This document shows positions 19,572 through 35,031 of a stretch of 64,000 bases of DNA, in pieces. Where the stretch lies: positions 64,001 through 128,000 of the forward strand of contig JBMFSQ010000008.1 in assembly GCA_049967475.1 (NCBI GenBank). Direction: 5' to 3'. The DNA comes from Chthonomonadales bacterium. GTDB taxonomy: Bacteria; Armatimonadota; Chthonomonadetes; Chthonomonadales; CAJBBX01. A program made the position numbers and the translations under genes. The notes below the pieces were generated by a model. That model searched no databases and was not told the origin of the DNA. It worked only from the letters and a program-made list of their open reading frames with translations. Within the stretch, counting starts at the first letter, position 1; each line of letters opens with the position of its first letter.

Positions 19572-20624
19572 GTGATCAAGAATGTTCCGTTCACTCCGGA
19601 TCAGGCATCTTCCTATGCGGCCCAGATGGATCCGCTGTTCTGGGTGCTGGTAATGCTTACCATCTTCTTCGCTGGGACGGTGCTGACGCTGCTGCTCTTC
19701 TTTGCCATTCGATACCGGCGGGGAGCTCGAGTGGATCGCTCCAATCCTCCCGACGAGCATCAGTTCCTGGAGATCACTTGGACGGTGATCCCGCTGCTGC
19801 TGGGATTGGGAGTGTTCGTATGGGGAGCCAAGTTGTATGCCGGTGCCTTCGGCCCTCCCCCTGCCAATGCTCTCGAGATCTTTGTGGTAGGCAAGCAGTG
19901 GATGTGGCACATACAACATTCCAACGGTGTGCGCGAGAACAATGAGCTTCACGTGCCCTTGGGCCGGCCCGTCGCACTGACGATGATCTCCCAGGATGTT
20001 ATCCATGACTTCTACGTGCCCGAGTTCCGCATCCATGTAGACGTAGTGCCTGGGCGGTACACGCGGGAGTGGTTCACTCCCATCAAGATCGGCCGGTACC
20101 GGCTGTTCTGCGCCCAATACTGTGGAACGGACCACTCCAAGATGACCGGGTGGGTTACCGTAATGGATCCGGCGGATTATGCGCGCTGGCTTGCAAACGG
20201 AGGCCAGGAAGTGCCGGCGGCGCCCAAGACCATGGCTGCGCTGGGAGCGGATCTTTATCAACGGGAGGGTTGCGCGCAATGTCACGATCCCGGCGCGCCG
20301 GGGCATGGGCCAGTTCTTACAGGCCTGTACGGATCCATCGTAACGAAGCCTTCTGGCGAAAAGGTCGTGGCGGATGCAGCATACCTGCGGGAACAGATCC
20401 TGACGCCGGTGGATCGGGTAGCGCCCAAGTATCAACAAATCATGCCCTCCTACAAAGGGCAGCTTACTGAGGAGCAGGTGCTCCAGCTCATCGAATACAT
20501 CAAATCGCTCGGCCCTCAGAACCCGGCTTCTGCGGAGCCTGCGCCGGCGAGCATGAAGAAGCCCGCGGGTGTGCAGGGTGGGGGCAAGAGCGGCAACTTG
20601 GCCGCTAAAGAGAAGAGCCAATGA
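19572..20624 (+). CDS. coxB: Cytochrome c oxidase subunit II with fused C-terminal cytochrome c (caa3-type)
   Basis: KQWMW, DVIHDF, CuA motif [13 protein letters not shown]-terminal CAQCH. Confidence 0.95.
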   Translation: MIKNVPFTPDQASSYAAQMDPLFWVLVMLTIFFAGTVLTLLLFFAIRYRRGARVDRSNPPDEHQFLEITWTVIPLLLGLGVFVWGAKLYAGAFGPPPANALEIFVVGKQWMWHIQHSNGVRENNELHVPLGRPVALTMISQDVIHDFYVPEFRIHVDVVPGRYTREWFTPIKIGRYRLFCAQYCGTDHSKMTGWVTVMDPADYARWLANGGQEVPAAPKTMAALGADLYQREGCAQCHDPGAPGHGPVLTGLYGSIVTKPSGEKVVADAAYLREQILTPVDRVAPKYQQIMPSYKGQLTEEQVLQLIEYIKSLGPQNPASAEPAPASMKKPAGVQGGGKSGNLAAKEKSQ

Positions 20625-22354
20625 GTGTTCAGACCCTCGAAGTGAATGCCCAATCGGCGCCCGAGCCCAGCGAAGAGCGCGTCAACTACTTGAACGTGGA
20701 TCACTCGCTGAAGTCGTGGCTGCTAACGCTGGATCATAAGCGCATCGCGATCCTTTACATGGTCTCTATCTCGCTCATGTTTGTGCTGGGCGGGGCAGCA
20801 GCAGCTATGGTGCGGCTCGAGTTGACCTCCCCGCACGGTCTCCTGCTGTCCAATGAGACCTACAACAAGATGTTCTCTGCCCACGGCATCATTATGGTGT
20901 TCTTCTTTATGGTGCCGTCCATCCCTGCCGTGCTGGGCAACTTTTGCCTGCCCCTCATGATTGGGTGCCGCGACTTGGCCTTCCCGCGGCTGAACTTGCT
21001 GAGCTGGTACCTGTTCACTATCGGCGGCATCGTGGCCCTCGCTGCAATTTTGAGCGGCGGCGTGGATACCGGATGGACCTTCTATACACCGTTCAGCAGC
21101 GTCTACAGTAACTCCAACGTTGTTGCTACGATCATCGGCGTGTTTATCGCTGGGTTCTCATCCATCGCTACCGGGCTCAATTTCATCGTCACCGTGCACA
21201 AGATGCGGGCGCCGGGCCTTACTTGGTTCAGGCTGCCGCTCTTCGTATGGGCCATTTACGCCACCAGCGTGATTATCGTGTTGGGGACGCCGGTGGTGGC
21301 CATTACCCTGCTCTTAGTGGTGGTGGAGCGCACGCTGCATCTAGGCATTTTCGATCCGGCTTTGGGCGGTGATCCGGTGCTGTTTCAGCACATGTTCTGG
21401 TTCTATAGCCACCCGGCTGTTTATATCATGATCTTGCCCTCGATGGGTGTGATGAGCGAGGTCATCTCGGCCTTCTGCCGGAAGCGCATCTTCGGATACA
21501 AGTTTGTAGCCTTTTCCAGTATCGCGATTGCCGTGTTCGGCTTCCTGGTGTGGGGCCATCACATGTTCGTGTCCAGCCAGTCCGTGTACGCAGGTATGGT
21601 CTTTTCGGTGCTGAGCTTCATGGTGGCGGTTCCTTCAGCCATCAAGACGTTCAACTGGACGGCGACGGTTTACAAGGGGCGGGTGTGGTTCACTGCGCCG
21701 ATGCTGTTTGCCTTGGGCTTCATGGGCCTTTTTGTGGTGGGCGGGTTGACGGGCCTGTATCTGGCGTGTTTGGCCACGGATGTGCACTTGCACGACACCT
21801 ATTTTGTGATTGCCCACTTCCACTACATTATGGTGGGGGGCGCGATCATGGGGTACATGGCCGGCCTCCACTTCTGGTGGCCCAAGATGACGGGGAAGCT
21901 CTACCCCGAGAATTGGGCGAAACTGGCTGCCGGGATCATCTTCATCGGCTTTAACCTGACGTTCTTCCCGCAATTCATTTTGGGCTGGCTCGGCAATCCG
22001 CGACGCTATCACATTTATCCGGAGGAATTCCAGGTGTGGCACGTTCTGTCGTCGGCCGGCAGCTCAATCCTGGCTGTGGGGTACATCATACCGCTGTTCT
22101 ATCTGCTCTGGTCCCTCAAATACGGCCGGGAGGCGGGTCGCAATCCGTGGGGGGCCGTGGGTTTGGAATGGACCCATGCCGACTCCCCGCCGCATCCCCA
22201 CAATTTCCATGAGGTGCCTGTGGTAACGTGGGAAGCGTATGCGTACGAACCGGAGGAGGTCGAAGAGGAGCGTTACGGTCGGCCTGATGTGGATGCAGAG
22301 GCCGCCATGTGGGCAGCGCCCGGGCCCGGCAATTCGGCAGGAGAGAATTCATGA
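20621..22354 (+). CDS. coxA: Cytochrome c oxidase subunit I, A2-type
   Basis: [20 protein letters not shown] (YS motif of A2), [16 protein letters not shown]. Confidence 0.96.
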   Translation: MSVQTLEVNAQSAPEPSEERVNYLNVDHSLKSWLLTLDHKRIAILYMVSISLMFVLGGAAAAMVRLELTSPHGLLLSNETYNKMFSAHGIIMVFFFMVPSIPAVLGNFCLPLMIGCRDLAFPRLNLLSWYLFTIGGIVALAAILSGGVDTGWTFYTPFSSVYSNSNVVATIIGVFIAGFSSIATGLNFIVTVHKMRAPGLTWFRLPLFVWAIYATSVIIVLGTPVVAITLLLVVVERTLHLGIFDPALGGDPVLFQHMFWFYSHPAVYIMILPSMGVMSEVISAFCRKRIFGYKFVAFSSIAIAVFGFLVWGHHMFVSSQSVYAGMVFSVLSFMVAVPSAIKTFNWTATVYKGRVWFTAPMLFALGFMGLFVVGGLTGLYLACLATDVHLHDTYFVIAHFHYIMVGGAIMGYMAGLHFWWPKMTGKLYPENWAKLAAGIIFIGFNLTFFPQFILGWLGNPRRYHIYPEEFQVWHVLSSAGSSILAVGYIIPLFYLLWSLKYGREAGRNPWGAVGLEWTHADSPPHPHNFHEVPVVTWEAYAYEPEEVEEERYGRPDVDAEAAMWAAPGPGNSAGENS

Positions 22355-23076
22355 GCGTTGAAGCGATCCAGGCCGCCCCGCAAGAGCTTTCGGAGCAGTA
22401 CGAAGACCTGTCTCAGCAGAACGAAGCCTATGTGGTGGGAATGTGGGCCTTCCTCGTGACGGAGATCATGTTCTTCGGGGCGCTTTTCCTGGCGTACATC
22501 GTATACCGTACGGCGTATCCCGAGGTTTTCCGAGATGCCCATCATCACCTGGATGTGGTCCTCGGAACGATCAATACTACGGTACTCCTCACCAGTTCGC
22601 TGTTCATGGCCCTAGCCGTTCATGCGGCGCAGATAGGTAGGAAGGCTGCCCAGATCCGGTGGACGCTCCTTGTGATGCTTTGTGCGTTGACCTTCCTGGT
22701 GATCAAGGGGTTCGAATACCACAACAAATACGTAGAGCACCTGATCCCCGGCCCTTCATTCCAATATCACAGCGTGGGTGAGATGGGCGGGAGCCACGCC
22801 TCACCGTCTGCTGCGGAAGGCGGTTTCGCGGTGCCGCGCGGTATTCCCAGAGACAAAGCCCAAATGTTCTTCGTGCTCTATTTCTGCATGACGGGCCTCC
22901 ACGGCATCCACGTGGTGATCGGTCTGATTGTGATGGCTGTGCTGGTATGGCTTACGCGCCGGAATAGTGCCCTGGTGCGGGATTATATGCCCCTGGAGAT
23001 GGCCGGCCTGTACTGGCACTTTGTTGATATCGTTTGGATCTTCCTGTTCCCGCTTTTCTACCTGATACCCAAGTGA
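22351..23076 (+). CDS. coxC: Cytochrome c oxidase subunit III
   Basis: [36 protein letters not shown] overlaps coxA stop. Confidence 0.94.
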   Translation: MSVEAIQAAPQELSEQYEDLSQQNEAYVVGMWAFLVTEIMFFGALFLAYIVYRTAYPEVFRDAHHHLDVVLGTINTTVLLTSSLFMALAVHAAQIGRKAAQIRWTLLVMLCALTFLVIKGFEYHNKYVEHLIPGPSFQYHSVGEMGGSHASPSAAEGGFAVPRGIPRDKAQMFFVLYFCMTGLHGIHVVIGLIVMAVLVWLTRRNSALVRDYMPLEMAGLYWHFVDIVWIFLFPLFYLIPK

Positions 23077-23101
23077 TCCCTGGCACTGCGAGGAGTTTGT
23101 A

Positions 23102-23413
23102 ATGCAATCCGAAGAGGCATCGCATCCTATCACGCCGCCGGCGGTATACCTGAAGACATACGCCGTGCTGCTCGTGCTCATGCTCCTTACCGTGGGCGTG
23201 GCCCAAGTGCACCTTGGCCCTCTCAACAATGCCGTAGCCCTTGGCATTGCCGTGACCAAGGCTGTGCTTGTGGTGCTGTATTTCATGCAGGTGCGGTATT
23301 CCACGCGCCTTGTGTGGGTGTGGGCAGGCATCGGGTTCCTTTGGCTATTGCTGCTTTTTGGTACGATGCAGGATTACCTTACGCGGCCGTGGGTTCCGAT
23401 CCACGGCTGGTAG
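23102..23413 (+). CDS. coxD: Cytochrome c oxidase subunit IV
   Basis: Three TM helices, IAVTKAVLVVLYFM, DYLTR. Confidence 0.85.
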   Translation: MQSEEASHPITPPAVYLKTYAVLLVLMLLTVGVAQVHLGPLNNAVALGIAVTKAVLVVLYFMQVRYSTRLVWVWAGIGFLWLLLLFGTMQDYLTRPWVPIHGW

Positions 23414-23436
23414 CAGTCGTTCAGCCGCGCCGTGCG

Positions 23437-23464
23437 AGGCCGGGGTTCAACTCCGGCCTTTTTT
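23437..23464 (+). terminator. Rho-independent terminator of the act-cox operon
   Basis: aggccgggg-ttcaa-ctccggcct hairpin followed by a T run. Confidence 0.8.
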
Positions 23465-23505
23465 GTTCAGTGAAGTGGAAACAGATAGTGACGTACACAA
23501 AATGG

Positions 23506-23535
23506 TTGACATGCGTATCCACCTTGTGATACCAT
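23506..23535 (+). promoter_or_regulatory. Putative sigma70 promoter
   Basis: TTGACA-18 nt-TACCAT with extended TG. Confidence 0.55.
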
Positions 23536-23574
23536 GGTGGCACATGCTCCGCAGTGGGTCACAAGGAGGGCGAC

Positions 23575-24105
23575 ATGGCAGCGACTTCCACCATCCAGGC
23601 AGTTTGCAGAGGGAGAGAAAGCCGTTGTTTTGTGTGGCGGCGATGGGCGGTTGCAGGGGCGGTTCTCGGCACGTGCGTAGTTCCGTACGCGATGCGTGGG
23701 AGTGCGGAAAGCGGCCCTCTGCAGCGATTGCGGGCGCCTGTTCCAGCCCGTGCGGCGGTGATGCTTTTGAGCGCAACTGCCTCGCGGGACGCAGGGTATG
23801 TGACGGTAGCAGGTGAGGTGCGCAACGCATCACGGCGCAATCTGGCGGGCGCTGAGGTGGTGCTGGAACTGTTCGACGGGAATGGCCGGTGCATTGCGGT
23901 AGAACCGGCGATCCTTGCGCGTGCTGTTGTGCCGCCGGGCACAGCATCGTCCTTCCAGGTGACGGCCGAGGATTGGGGGAAGGCACAGCGCTATCGGCTG
24001 GAGTTCCGCGAGATTGACGGCGCCGTTCTGGAATGCCTCGACAACGCGCAGAACGGACCGGTTACGCGTTGTCCGGCACAGGAATGCGCCGGTGCCAATC
24101 GGTAA
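23575..24105 (+). CDS. Exported protein, FxLYD-like small beta-sandwich
   Basis: AAGGAGG RBS; hydrophobic N-region; VTVAGEVRN...VVLELFDGNG...VPPGTASSFQV pattern. Confidence 0.6.
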   Translation: MAATSTIQAVCRGRESRCFVWRRWAVAGAVLGTCVVPYAMRGSAESGPLQRLRAPVPARAAVMLLSATASRDAGYVTVAGEVRNASRRNLAGAEVVLELFDGNGRCIAVEPAILARAVVPPGTASSFQVTAEDWGKAQRYRLEFREIDGAVLECLDNAQNGPVTRCPAQECAGANR

Positions 24106-25471
24106 CGCTTTGAAACGCCTGGGCCAAGCGGAGGATGGCGGCTTCGCCGTAGGGAGGCCCTATGATCTCCAGACCGAGAGGCAGGCCGTCGGCGTCGAAC
24201 CCCATGGGAAGCGAGATGCTGGGCCAGCCGAGAAGGTTGCCCGGGCCGCCGTTGCCTCCCATGTGTACCCAACTCTCATCGAGGCTCTTTGACACCGGTG
24301 GCGCGCCATGAAGCAGGGTAGGCGCGATGAGCGCGTCGAAGCGCTGGAAAATCGCCACAGCTTGGGGAGCAGCGAGCGTTCTGACCCGCATCGCACGAAG
24401 ATACTCCACTCCTGGGATGGCGAGCCCGGCGAGGAGGCCGGCTTGCTGGCTGCGGTCCCGAAGCAGGGCCAGCTTCGGAGAGCGGATCAGGTTCTCGAAG
24501 GCAGAAGCGCCCTCCACGGAGATGATGGTGTCCGCTGCTGCGTCATAGGGGAAGTCGGGTAGCTTGGCATCTGCCAGCTCGGCATGGAGGCGCGTAGTGA
24601 GGACGGAACATGCCTCCTGGAATGCCTGTTGGGCTGCGTGGGCTTCGTTGGCACCGAAATCCGTGGGCAGCAGACCCAGGCGAACGGGCCGCGGGAGGCG
24701 GCCACGCGGGTCGTAGTGAAACCGCTGATCCCAAGCCGATGGATCCCGGGCGTCGGGACCGGCAAGGATCGTCAGCAGGATTGCGCAGTCTTCAGCCGTC
24801 CGCGCCATGGGGCCGATCTTGTCCATCGTCCATGAGAGGGCCATAGCTCCGAACCGGGAGATGCGCCCGTAGGTAGGCCGCAGACCTGTGATGCCGCAAA
24901 AGGCACTGGGCACAGTAATGGATCCCCAGGTCTCTGTTCCAAGGGCAAACCCAACGAGGCCGGCGGCGACTGCCGCACCGGAGCCGCTGGAGGAGCCTCC
25001 GGCCCATCGCTGCATGTTCCACGGATTGAGGCAAGGACCGGTGATGGATGCCGATGCGTACTCGTACCCTCCGCCCCCTGCGAGTTCGATCATGGCGAGC
25101 TTCGCCACGAGCACCGCACCGGCTGCCTGCAGCTTCTCGATGGCCGCAGCGTTGAAGCGGAAGACTTGGTCGGCATGGGCTGGTGATCCCCACTGGCAGG
25201 GTACGTCCCGAACCGCGAAGAGATCTTTGGCTCCGAATGGGACGCCGTGGATGGGGCTGCGCACATGACCGGCGGCTATCTCTCTGTCTGCAGCGCGAGC
25301 CTGCTCCATCGCTTGATCCCGCATTAAAAAGGCCAACGCGTTCAGCTTCCGGCCCAATGTGTCCAGCCGATGGAGATAGGCTGAAGTGAGGGCTTCCGAC
25401 GTAATCTCTCGTCGCCGGATGAGGCGGCCTTGATCGAGGGCAGGCAGATGGACGACCTTGTCAGGATCCAT
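24062..25471 (-). CDS. Amidase-signature family amidase (GatA/AtzE-like)
   Basis: PIHGVPFGAKDL, GGSSSGSGAAVAAG, GTETWGSITVPSAFCG, DKIGPMAR; start set at MDPDKVV. Confidence 0.92.
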   Translation of the reverse strand: MDPDKVVHLPALDQGRLIRRREITSEALTSAYLHRLDTLGRKLNALAFLMRDQAMEQARAADREIAAGHVRSPIHGVPFGAKDLFAVRDVPCQWGSPAHADQVFRFNAAAIEKLQAAGAVLVAKLAMIELAGGGGYEYASASITGPCLNPWNMQRWAGGSSSGSGAAVAAGLVGFALGTETWGSITVPSAFCGITGLRPTYGRISRFGAMALSWTMDKIGPMARTAEDCAILLTILAGPDARDPSAWDQRFHYDPRGRLPRPVRLGLLPTDFGANEAHAAQQAFQEACSVLTTRLHAELADAKLPDFPYDAAADTIISVEGASAFENLIRSPKLALLRDRSQQAGLLAGLAIPGVEYLRAMRVRTLAAPQAVAIFQRFDALIAPTLLHGAPPVSKSLDESWVHMGGNGGPGNLLGWPSISLPMGFDADGLPLGLEIIGPPYGEAAILRLAQAFQSVTDWHRRIPVPDNA

Positions 25472-25775
25472 GGTGCTTCTGCGCCTGTGGAGGAACGGGA
25501 TGGAAGATGAATGCGGGCTCAGTACCGTCGGGAATGATGAGCGTCTGTTTGCTCCAGGTGGTGGCGTTCTGCTTGACGGCGGAATGCACAGCCGCGCGCA
25601 GGTCGTCGGCAATGGGCCGTCCGAGAGCACGTTCGATCAAAACCTCTGCTGCGTCCTGAACGTCCGGCAAGGGAGCTGCCTGAGTGGCGTCTCCGACCGC
25701 GCTCAAGCCTGCAGCCAAAAGAGCAGCCTTGCCTAGATCCCGCCGTGTGAGCCTATGCCGTTTCTTCTTGTCCAT
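25461..25775 (-). CDS. Small protein with twin-arginine signal and AtzG/GatC-like C-terminus
   Basis: LTRRDLGKAALLAAGLSAVG..AQA-type signal; C-terminal PDGTEPAFIFHP; overlaps the amidase start. Confidence 0.65.
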   Translation of the reverse strand: MDKKKRHRLTRRDLGKAALLAAGLSAVGDATQAAPLPDVQDAAEVLIERALGRPIADDLRAAVHSAVKQNATTWSKQTLIIPDGTEPAFIFHPVPPQAQKHHGS

Positions 25776-25911
25776 AGTGTGGTAGCTCCCGGAGACCTTT
25801 TCGTCTGGACCTTTATGCCTTTCTTTGCGTGGAGGGCGCGAAGTACCCCAGGTACAGCGAAGACCGGGCGAGCGTACAGAAAGCGCGCCGCCCGGCCCTC
25901 TGAATGCGCTG

Positions 25912-25984
25912 TGAGGGCGCTGGGACTCGAACCCAGGACACCCGCCTTAAAAGGGCGGTGCTCTGCCGACTGAGCTACACCCTC
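25912..25984 (-). tRNA. tRNA-Lys (anticodon TTT), CCA not encoded
   Basis: GAGGGTG acceptor, TAGCTCAGTCGGCAGAGC D arm, CCGCC-CTTTTAA-GGCGG anticodon arm, GGTTCGAGTCC T arm. Confidence 0.95.
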
Positions 25985-26034
25985 GCCGTTGTGCGGCCCT
26001 CCTCAGGGACGAGGTTCGAGCCGCATTCCACGGC

Positions 26035-29000
26035 TTATTCTACACCATCTTCGAGGTCTGATGAACCGTTCTCGGCCATGTCTTCAAAGGGCTCGACATC
26101 AGCGTCTTCATCCTCTGCACCGATGCCGGTTGGCTCCAACTCCTCATCAGCTTCGGCCTGGTCCTCAGCCGAGCTGCGCAAGCCGGCGGAGAAATGCGAT
26201 GCTGCGTCCTCTTCATCTTCCGGTGCGGGAGTGAGCTGTTTCAAGAGCTCTTCGTGGCGCCGAGGCTGTTCTGTGATGATGCGCTCTCCATCGGGCGTAC
26301 CCGGCTCCAGGGAGCGATACCGCGGGAGGCCCGTGCCCGCCGGAATGAGCCTTCCGATGATCACGTTCTCCTTCAACCCCAGGAGTTCGTCCTTCTTGCC
26401 GCGGACGGCAGCTTCGGTGAGGACGCGGGTAGTCTTTTGGAAGGATGCCGCAGACAGGAAGCTATCTGTGGCCAGCGATGCCTCCGTGATGCCCAGCAGA
26501 ACCCAATCCGCCGTAGCTTCCTTTCCTCCAATGGCGCGAACTCGAGCATTCTCATCCTGGAAGGCGAACTTATCCACGATTTGGCCCGGCAAGAACGACG
26601 TGTCCCCGGGCTCGCGCACCTTGCGCTTCTTGAGCATCTGGCGCACGATCACTTCCACGTGTTTGTCGTTGATCTCAACGCCTTGGCCTTTGTATACCTT
26701 CTGGATCTCGCGCACGAGGTAGTCCTGCACGCCGCGGGGTCCCTGGATCTGCAGGACCTTCTCTGGATCTAGGGGGCCGTCTGTTAGGCGGTCCCCAGGA
26801 GCCACGGTGTCGCCGGGCTTGACCTCCAGTTCACCGCGGTAGGGAACCAGGGCCTGTTTGCGCAGAACGACTTCCTTGACGCCGGCTTCCTTGAGGCGCC
26901 GGTAGATGCGCTCGGTGATGACGTCGCCTGCTTTGGCGAGTACTTCTCCGTCGGCATCAAGAACGTCTTCCATAACCGTTTCGCCGACGAAGTGGGACGG
27001 CACATCGTCCATGGGAACTGGAGAGGCGAGTACCACGTGCCGCAGTCCTTTGGTTTCAATGGCAACCACCTTGCCGCCGAGTTCCGTTATGATGGCCTGG
27101 CCCTTGGGTTTCCGCGCCTCGAAGAGCTCGACCACCCTCAAGAGACCCTGCACCTGATCTTCCAGCACTTTGAGGACTGCCTGCACGGATTTTGCGCGTT
27201 CGCGCTCCGATCCGCCCTCTTCGTCGAACGTTACCAGTCCTCTGCGGATGTCGTCGTGGAGGTCGCGAAGGGTTGCCTGCCGCTTCTGCTTCACATTGGC
27301 CACGCCGGTGAGGTACTTGCCGGCGACGCCGCCCGTGTGGAAGGTGCGCATGGTGAGCTGCGTACCCGGCTCACCGATGGACTGAGCCGCGATGATGCCT
27401 ACGGCTACACCGATGTCTACAACCTTGCCGGTAGCAAGATCCCGTCCATAGCACTTGGCGCACACACCGTGCCGCAGTTCGCAGGTTAGGACGGAGCGGA
27501 GCCCCACCTTCTTAATGCCGCGGGCTTCCACTTCGCGGGCTGCATCGTCCGAGATTTCGGTGTTGGCTTCCACCAGCACTTCACCGGTGGCAGGATCCAC
27601 TATGTCCTCGAGGGCGAAGCGCCCGCGAATGCGGTCACTCAGCTTCTCGATGACCTCGTCCCCTTCGACGATTTCCTCCACGTAGATGCCGTTCGTGGTG
27701 CCGCAGTCGTCGCCGCGCACGATGACGTCCTGGGACACGTCCACCAGACGCCGTGTGAGATAACCGGCATCTGCGGTGCGGAGGGCTGTGTCGGCCAGAC
27801 CTTTGCGGGCACCGTGAGTGGAGATGAAGTACTCGAGCACATTGAGTCCTTCATGGAAGTTGGATTTGATGGGCAGCTCCTCGATGAGATTGCCGAACGG
27901 GTCCGACATGAGCCCGCGCATGCCGGAGAGCTGGGTGAGCTGCTTGGTTGAACCCCGGGCACCTGAGTCCGTAATCAGATAGATGGGGTTGAAGTGGCCG
28001 ATGCCTTCCAAGATTGCCGCGGCTACGCGATCTGCAGCCTGCATCCATAAATTAAGCACCTGCTGTTTGCGCTCGCCGAGGGTGAGGGTTCCCCGCCGGT
28101 ATTGGCGGTTCAGGCGCTCGACGGCGGCCTCAGTTTCTCGGAGGATCTCGTCACGCTTGGCGGGGATGTCCATATCGGTCATGGAAATGGTGATGCCGGC
28201 ACTCGTTGCGTACTTGAAGCCTAGGGCCTTGAGATCGTCCACGAAGCGAACCGTGACCTCTTTCCCGTGAAGGGCATACACTTCCCGCACGAGATCCGCC
28301 ACACCCTTCTTGTTGATCGTCGTGAACAGGTACTTATCCGTATACTTGAGCTTGGGCGGCAGGATGTTGTTGAGGATCAGGCGCCCAACTGTCGTGTACC
28401 GTGAGGGGTCGTCCCCCGAGCCCACCACTTGGGCGACGCCGTCACGCTCAATGCGTACCTGGATGGGCTCATGGAGCTTGATCTGGCCCATGTGGTAGGC
28501 AAGTTCCGCTTCTTCGGGACTGGAGAAGACGTAGTCCCGCGGGCGCTGGCCCTCGATGATCGTGGTGAGGTAGTAGGAACCCAGCACGATATCCTGAATG
28601 GGCGCAATGATGGGCCTGCCGTCCGCTGGTGAGAAAAGGTTGTGCGTCGAGAGCATCAGCACGCGGGCCTCCGCCTGGGCGTAGGCGGAGAGAGGCACGT
28701 GGACCGCCATCTGGTCGCCGTCGAAGTCGGCATTGAAGGCATGGCACACGAGGGGATGCACCTGGATGGCCTTGCCGTCCACGAGCACGGGCTCGAATGC
28801 TTGTATGCCCAACCGGTGCAGAGTAGGCGCGCGGTTGAGGAGCACCGGGTGTTCGTTGATTACCTCTTCGAGGGCGTCCCACACCTCGGGCTTCATTTTG
28901 TCAATCATCCGCTTAGCGGTCTTGATGTTGGTGGTGTATCCCCGCTCCACCAGCGTCTTCATTACGAAGGGCTTGAACAGTTCCAGCGCCATCTCTTTGG

Positions 29001-30378
29001 GGAGGCCGCATTGGTGGAGTTTGAGGTGCGGACCCACCACGATCACGGACCGGCCGGAATAGTCTACGCGCTTGCCCAGCAGGTTCTTGCGGAACCGCCC
29101 TTCTTTGCCCTTGAGCATGTCGGACAGGGACTTGAGCGGCCGGTTGTTGGATCCCACCACAGGCCGGGATCGGCGCCCGTTGTCAATGAGGGCATCCACG
29201 GCTTCTTGCAGCAGCCGCTTTTCGTGGTTGACGATGGACTCGGGTGCACGGATCTCCGTGATCTTTTTGAGGCGGTTGTTCCGGTTGATGATGCGGCGGT
29301 AGAGGTCGTTCAAGTCCGACGTGGCGAAGCGCCCGCCGTCGAGCTGCACCATAGGGCGCAATTCCGGCGAGATCACGGGGATGCAATCCAGGATCATCCA
29401 GGATGGGTGCGCTTTGCTGTTGATGAACGCTTCTGTAATCTCCAGACGCTTGATGGCCCGGGCGCGCTTAGGTCCCTGGGTGTTGGCCACTTCGTTGCGG
29501 AGTTCGCGTGCCAACTTCTCCAGATCAATCTCTAGGAGGAGTTCCTTCACGGCGGCGCCGCCAAGACCGGCCCGCACCACGCCCTGGAAGCTTTCGCCCA
29601 ACCGCCGAGTGAGGATCTCGATGAGGTGCTCCAGGTCCCGATATTGCTCTTCGGAGATGAGCTGCTTCTTATCTACCTTTTCCAGAAGTTGCACAGCCTC
29701 TTCCAGGCGCCGGATGCTCTCCTCGAGGTCGCGTTCCTCCTGCTTGATGCGCTCGTGGGTTCTCTTCAGGTCCTCTTGGATCTGTTCTTCGGACCAGCGG
29801 TGTTCGTCGGGCACATCCGGCTCGGTATGCGATTGCACTCTTTGCCGATGCTCGCGCATCGCGTGATCCGCCACGCCGTCCTTCTCGCGCTGGATCTCCT
29901 CGATCTCTTCACGGACGGCCGCGTGGATCTCGTCCATCTCGTTTGCGATGCGGGGGCGGTCCACGTGGGTCACGATGTAGCTGGCGAAGTAGAGGACCTT
30001 CTCCAGCGCCCTGGGAGACACGTCTAGGATGAGGGCCAGAGGACTGGGTACGCCCTTGAGGTACCAGATATGGGACACGGGCGCGGCCAGTTCGATATGG
30101 CCCATGCGCTCGCGGCGCACTTTGCTGCGGGTTACTTCCACACCGCACCGGTCACAGATGATACCTTTGTACTTGACCTTCTTATAGCGTCCGCAGTGGC
30201 ACTCCCAATCCTTCACGGGGCCGAAGATCTTTTCGCAGAAGAGCCCGTCGCGCTCGGGTTTGAAGGTGCGGTAGTTGATCGTTTCGGGCTTCTTGACTTC
30301 GCCATAGGACCACTTGCGGATCTCGTCTGGGGATGCGATGCCGATACGGATCTTTGAGAACGTGGTGGCGTCCGCCAT
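26035..30378 (-). CDS. rpoC: DNA-directed RNA polymerase beta' subunit
   Basis: [39 protein letters not shown] before ATG 30378. Confidence 0.98.
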   Translation of the reverse strand: MADATTFSKIRIGIASPDEIRKWSYGEVKKPETINYRTFKPERDGLFCEKIFGPVKDWECHCGRYKKVKYKGIICDRCGVEVTRSKVRRERMGHIELAAPVSHIWYLKGVPSPLALILDVSPRALEKVLYFASYIVTHVDRPRIANEMDEIHAAVREEIEEIQREKDGVADHAMREHRQRVQSHTEPDVPDEHRWSEEQIQEDLKRTHERIKQEERDLEESIRRLEEAVQLLEKVDKKQLISEEQYRDLEHLIEILTRRLGESFQGVVRAGLGGAAVKELLLEIDLEKLARELRNEVANTQGPKRARAIKRLEITEAFINSKAHPSWMILDCIPVISPELRPMVQLDGGRFATSDLNDLYRRIINRNNRLKKITEIRAPESIVNHEKRLLQEAVDALIDNGRRSRPVVGSNNRPLKSLSDMLKGKEGRFRKNLLGKRVDYSGRSVIVVGPHLKLHQCGLPKEMALELFKPFVMKTLVERGYTTNIKTAKRMIDKMKPEVWDALEEVINEHPVLLNRAPTLHRLGIQAFEPVLVDGKAIQVHPLVCHAFNADFDGDQMAVHVPLSAYAQAEARVLMLSTHNLFSPADGRPIIAPIQDIVLGSYYLTTIIEGQRPRDYVFSSPEEAELAYHMGQIKLHEPIQVRIERDGVAQVVGSGDDPSRYTTVGRLILNNILPPKLKYTDKYLFTTINKKGVADLVREVYALHGKEVTVRFVDDLKALGFKYATSAGITISMTDMDIPAKRDEILRETEAAVERLNRQYRRGTLTLGERKQQVLNLWMQAADRVAAAILEGIGHFNPIYLITDSGARGSTKQLTQLSGMRGLMSDPFGNLIEELPIKSNFHEGLNVLEYFISTHGARKGLADTALRTADAGYLTRRLVDVSQDVIVRGDDCGTTNGIYVEEIVEGDEVIEKLSDRIRGRFALEDIVDPATGEVLVEANTEISDDAAREVEARGIKKVGLRSVLTCELRHGVCAKCYGRDLATGKVVDIGVAVGIIAAQSIGEPGTQLTMRTFHTGGVAGKYLTGVANVKQKRQATLRDLHDDIRRGLVTFDEEGGSERERAKSVQAVLKVLEDQVQGLLRVVELFEARKPKGQAIITELGGKVVAIETKGLRHVVLASPVPMDDVPSHFVGETVMEDVLDADGEVLAKAGDVITERIYRRLKEAGVKEVVLRKQALVPYRGELEVKPGDTVAPGDRLTDGPLDPEKVLQIQGPRGVQDYLVREIQKVYKGQGVEINDKHVEVIVRQMLKKRKVREPGDTSFLPGQIVDKFAFQDENARVRAIGGKEATADWVLLGITEASLATDSFLSAASFQKTTRVLTEAAVRGKKDELLGLKENVIIGRLIPAGTGLPRYRSLEPGTPDGERIITEQPRRHEELLKQLTPAPEDEEDAASHFSAGLRSSAEDQAEADEELEPTGIGAEDEDADVEPFEDMAENGSSDLEDGVE

Positions 30379-30568
30379 GCTGTCTCCTCCAAACAGTGTC
30401 GCAGCTAGGATGCAGCCGCTGCCGAACCCGGCCATCGAGCCCGGTTCCAAAGGGTGGTTTAGGACTGTACCTCTCTATGTGTGGGCGAGGTGTGCATGAT
30501 TAGGCAGGGCGCAAACTGTGCGCCGGGCGGGCTGCTGCAGTCGCCCATCCGGTGAACGCATTCTTGGA

Positions 30569-34855
<4,287 letters not shown>

Positions 34856-34888
34856 TGGTGCCCCCTCCTATACTACGCACGAAACGAC

Positions 34889-34917
34889 AGTATACCACAA
34901 CGCACGGATCCGGTCAA
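34889..34917 (-). promoter_or_regulatory. Sigma70-type promoter of rpoBC
   Basis: Minus strand TTGACC-17 nt-TATACT with extended TG. Confidence 0.75.
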
Positions 34918-34967
34918 ACTGCCGGTGCGCGTTACGCGAGGCAAATGCAATACGCATCCCGCCTCAG

Positions 34968-35025
34968 TAAAGTTCCCGCGGCCCCCCTGAAGGTGCAAAG
35001 ATCTTTGGCGGAGCCGCGGGAACTT
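34968..35025 (-). terminator. Hairpin or terminator after the E1 gene, upstream of the rpoB promoter
   Basis: Perfect 13-bp inverted repeat aagttcccgcggc / gccgcgggaactt; only a short T tail. Confidence 0.5.
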
Positions 35026-35031
35026 GGAGGT

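Noticed and set aside
18405..20621. 738-aa minus-strand ORF
   Set aside because: Antisense shadow of actG-sco-coxB with no recognisable motifs; expected at high GC.
24062..25471. Calling the amidase gatA
   Set aside because: No gatB nearby, the DTGGSIR motif is altered, and the partner has a Tat signal.
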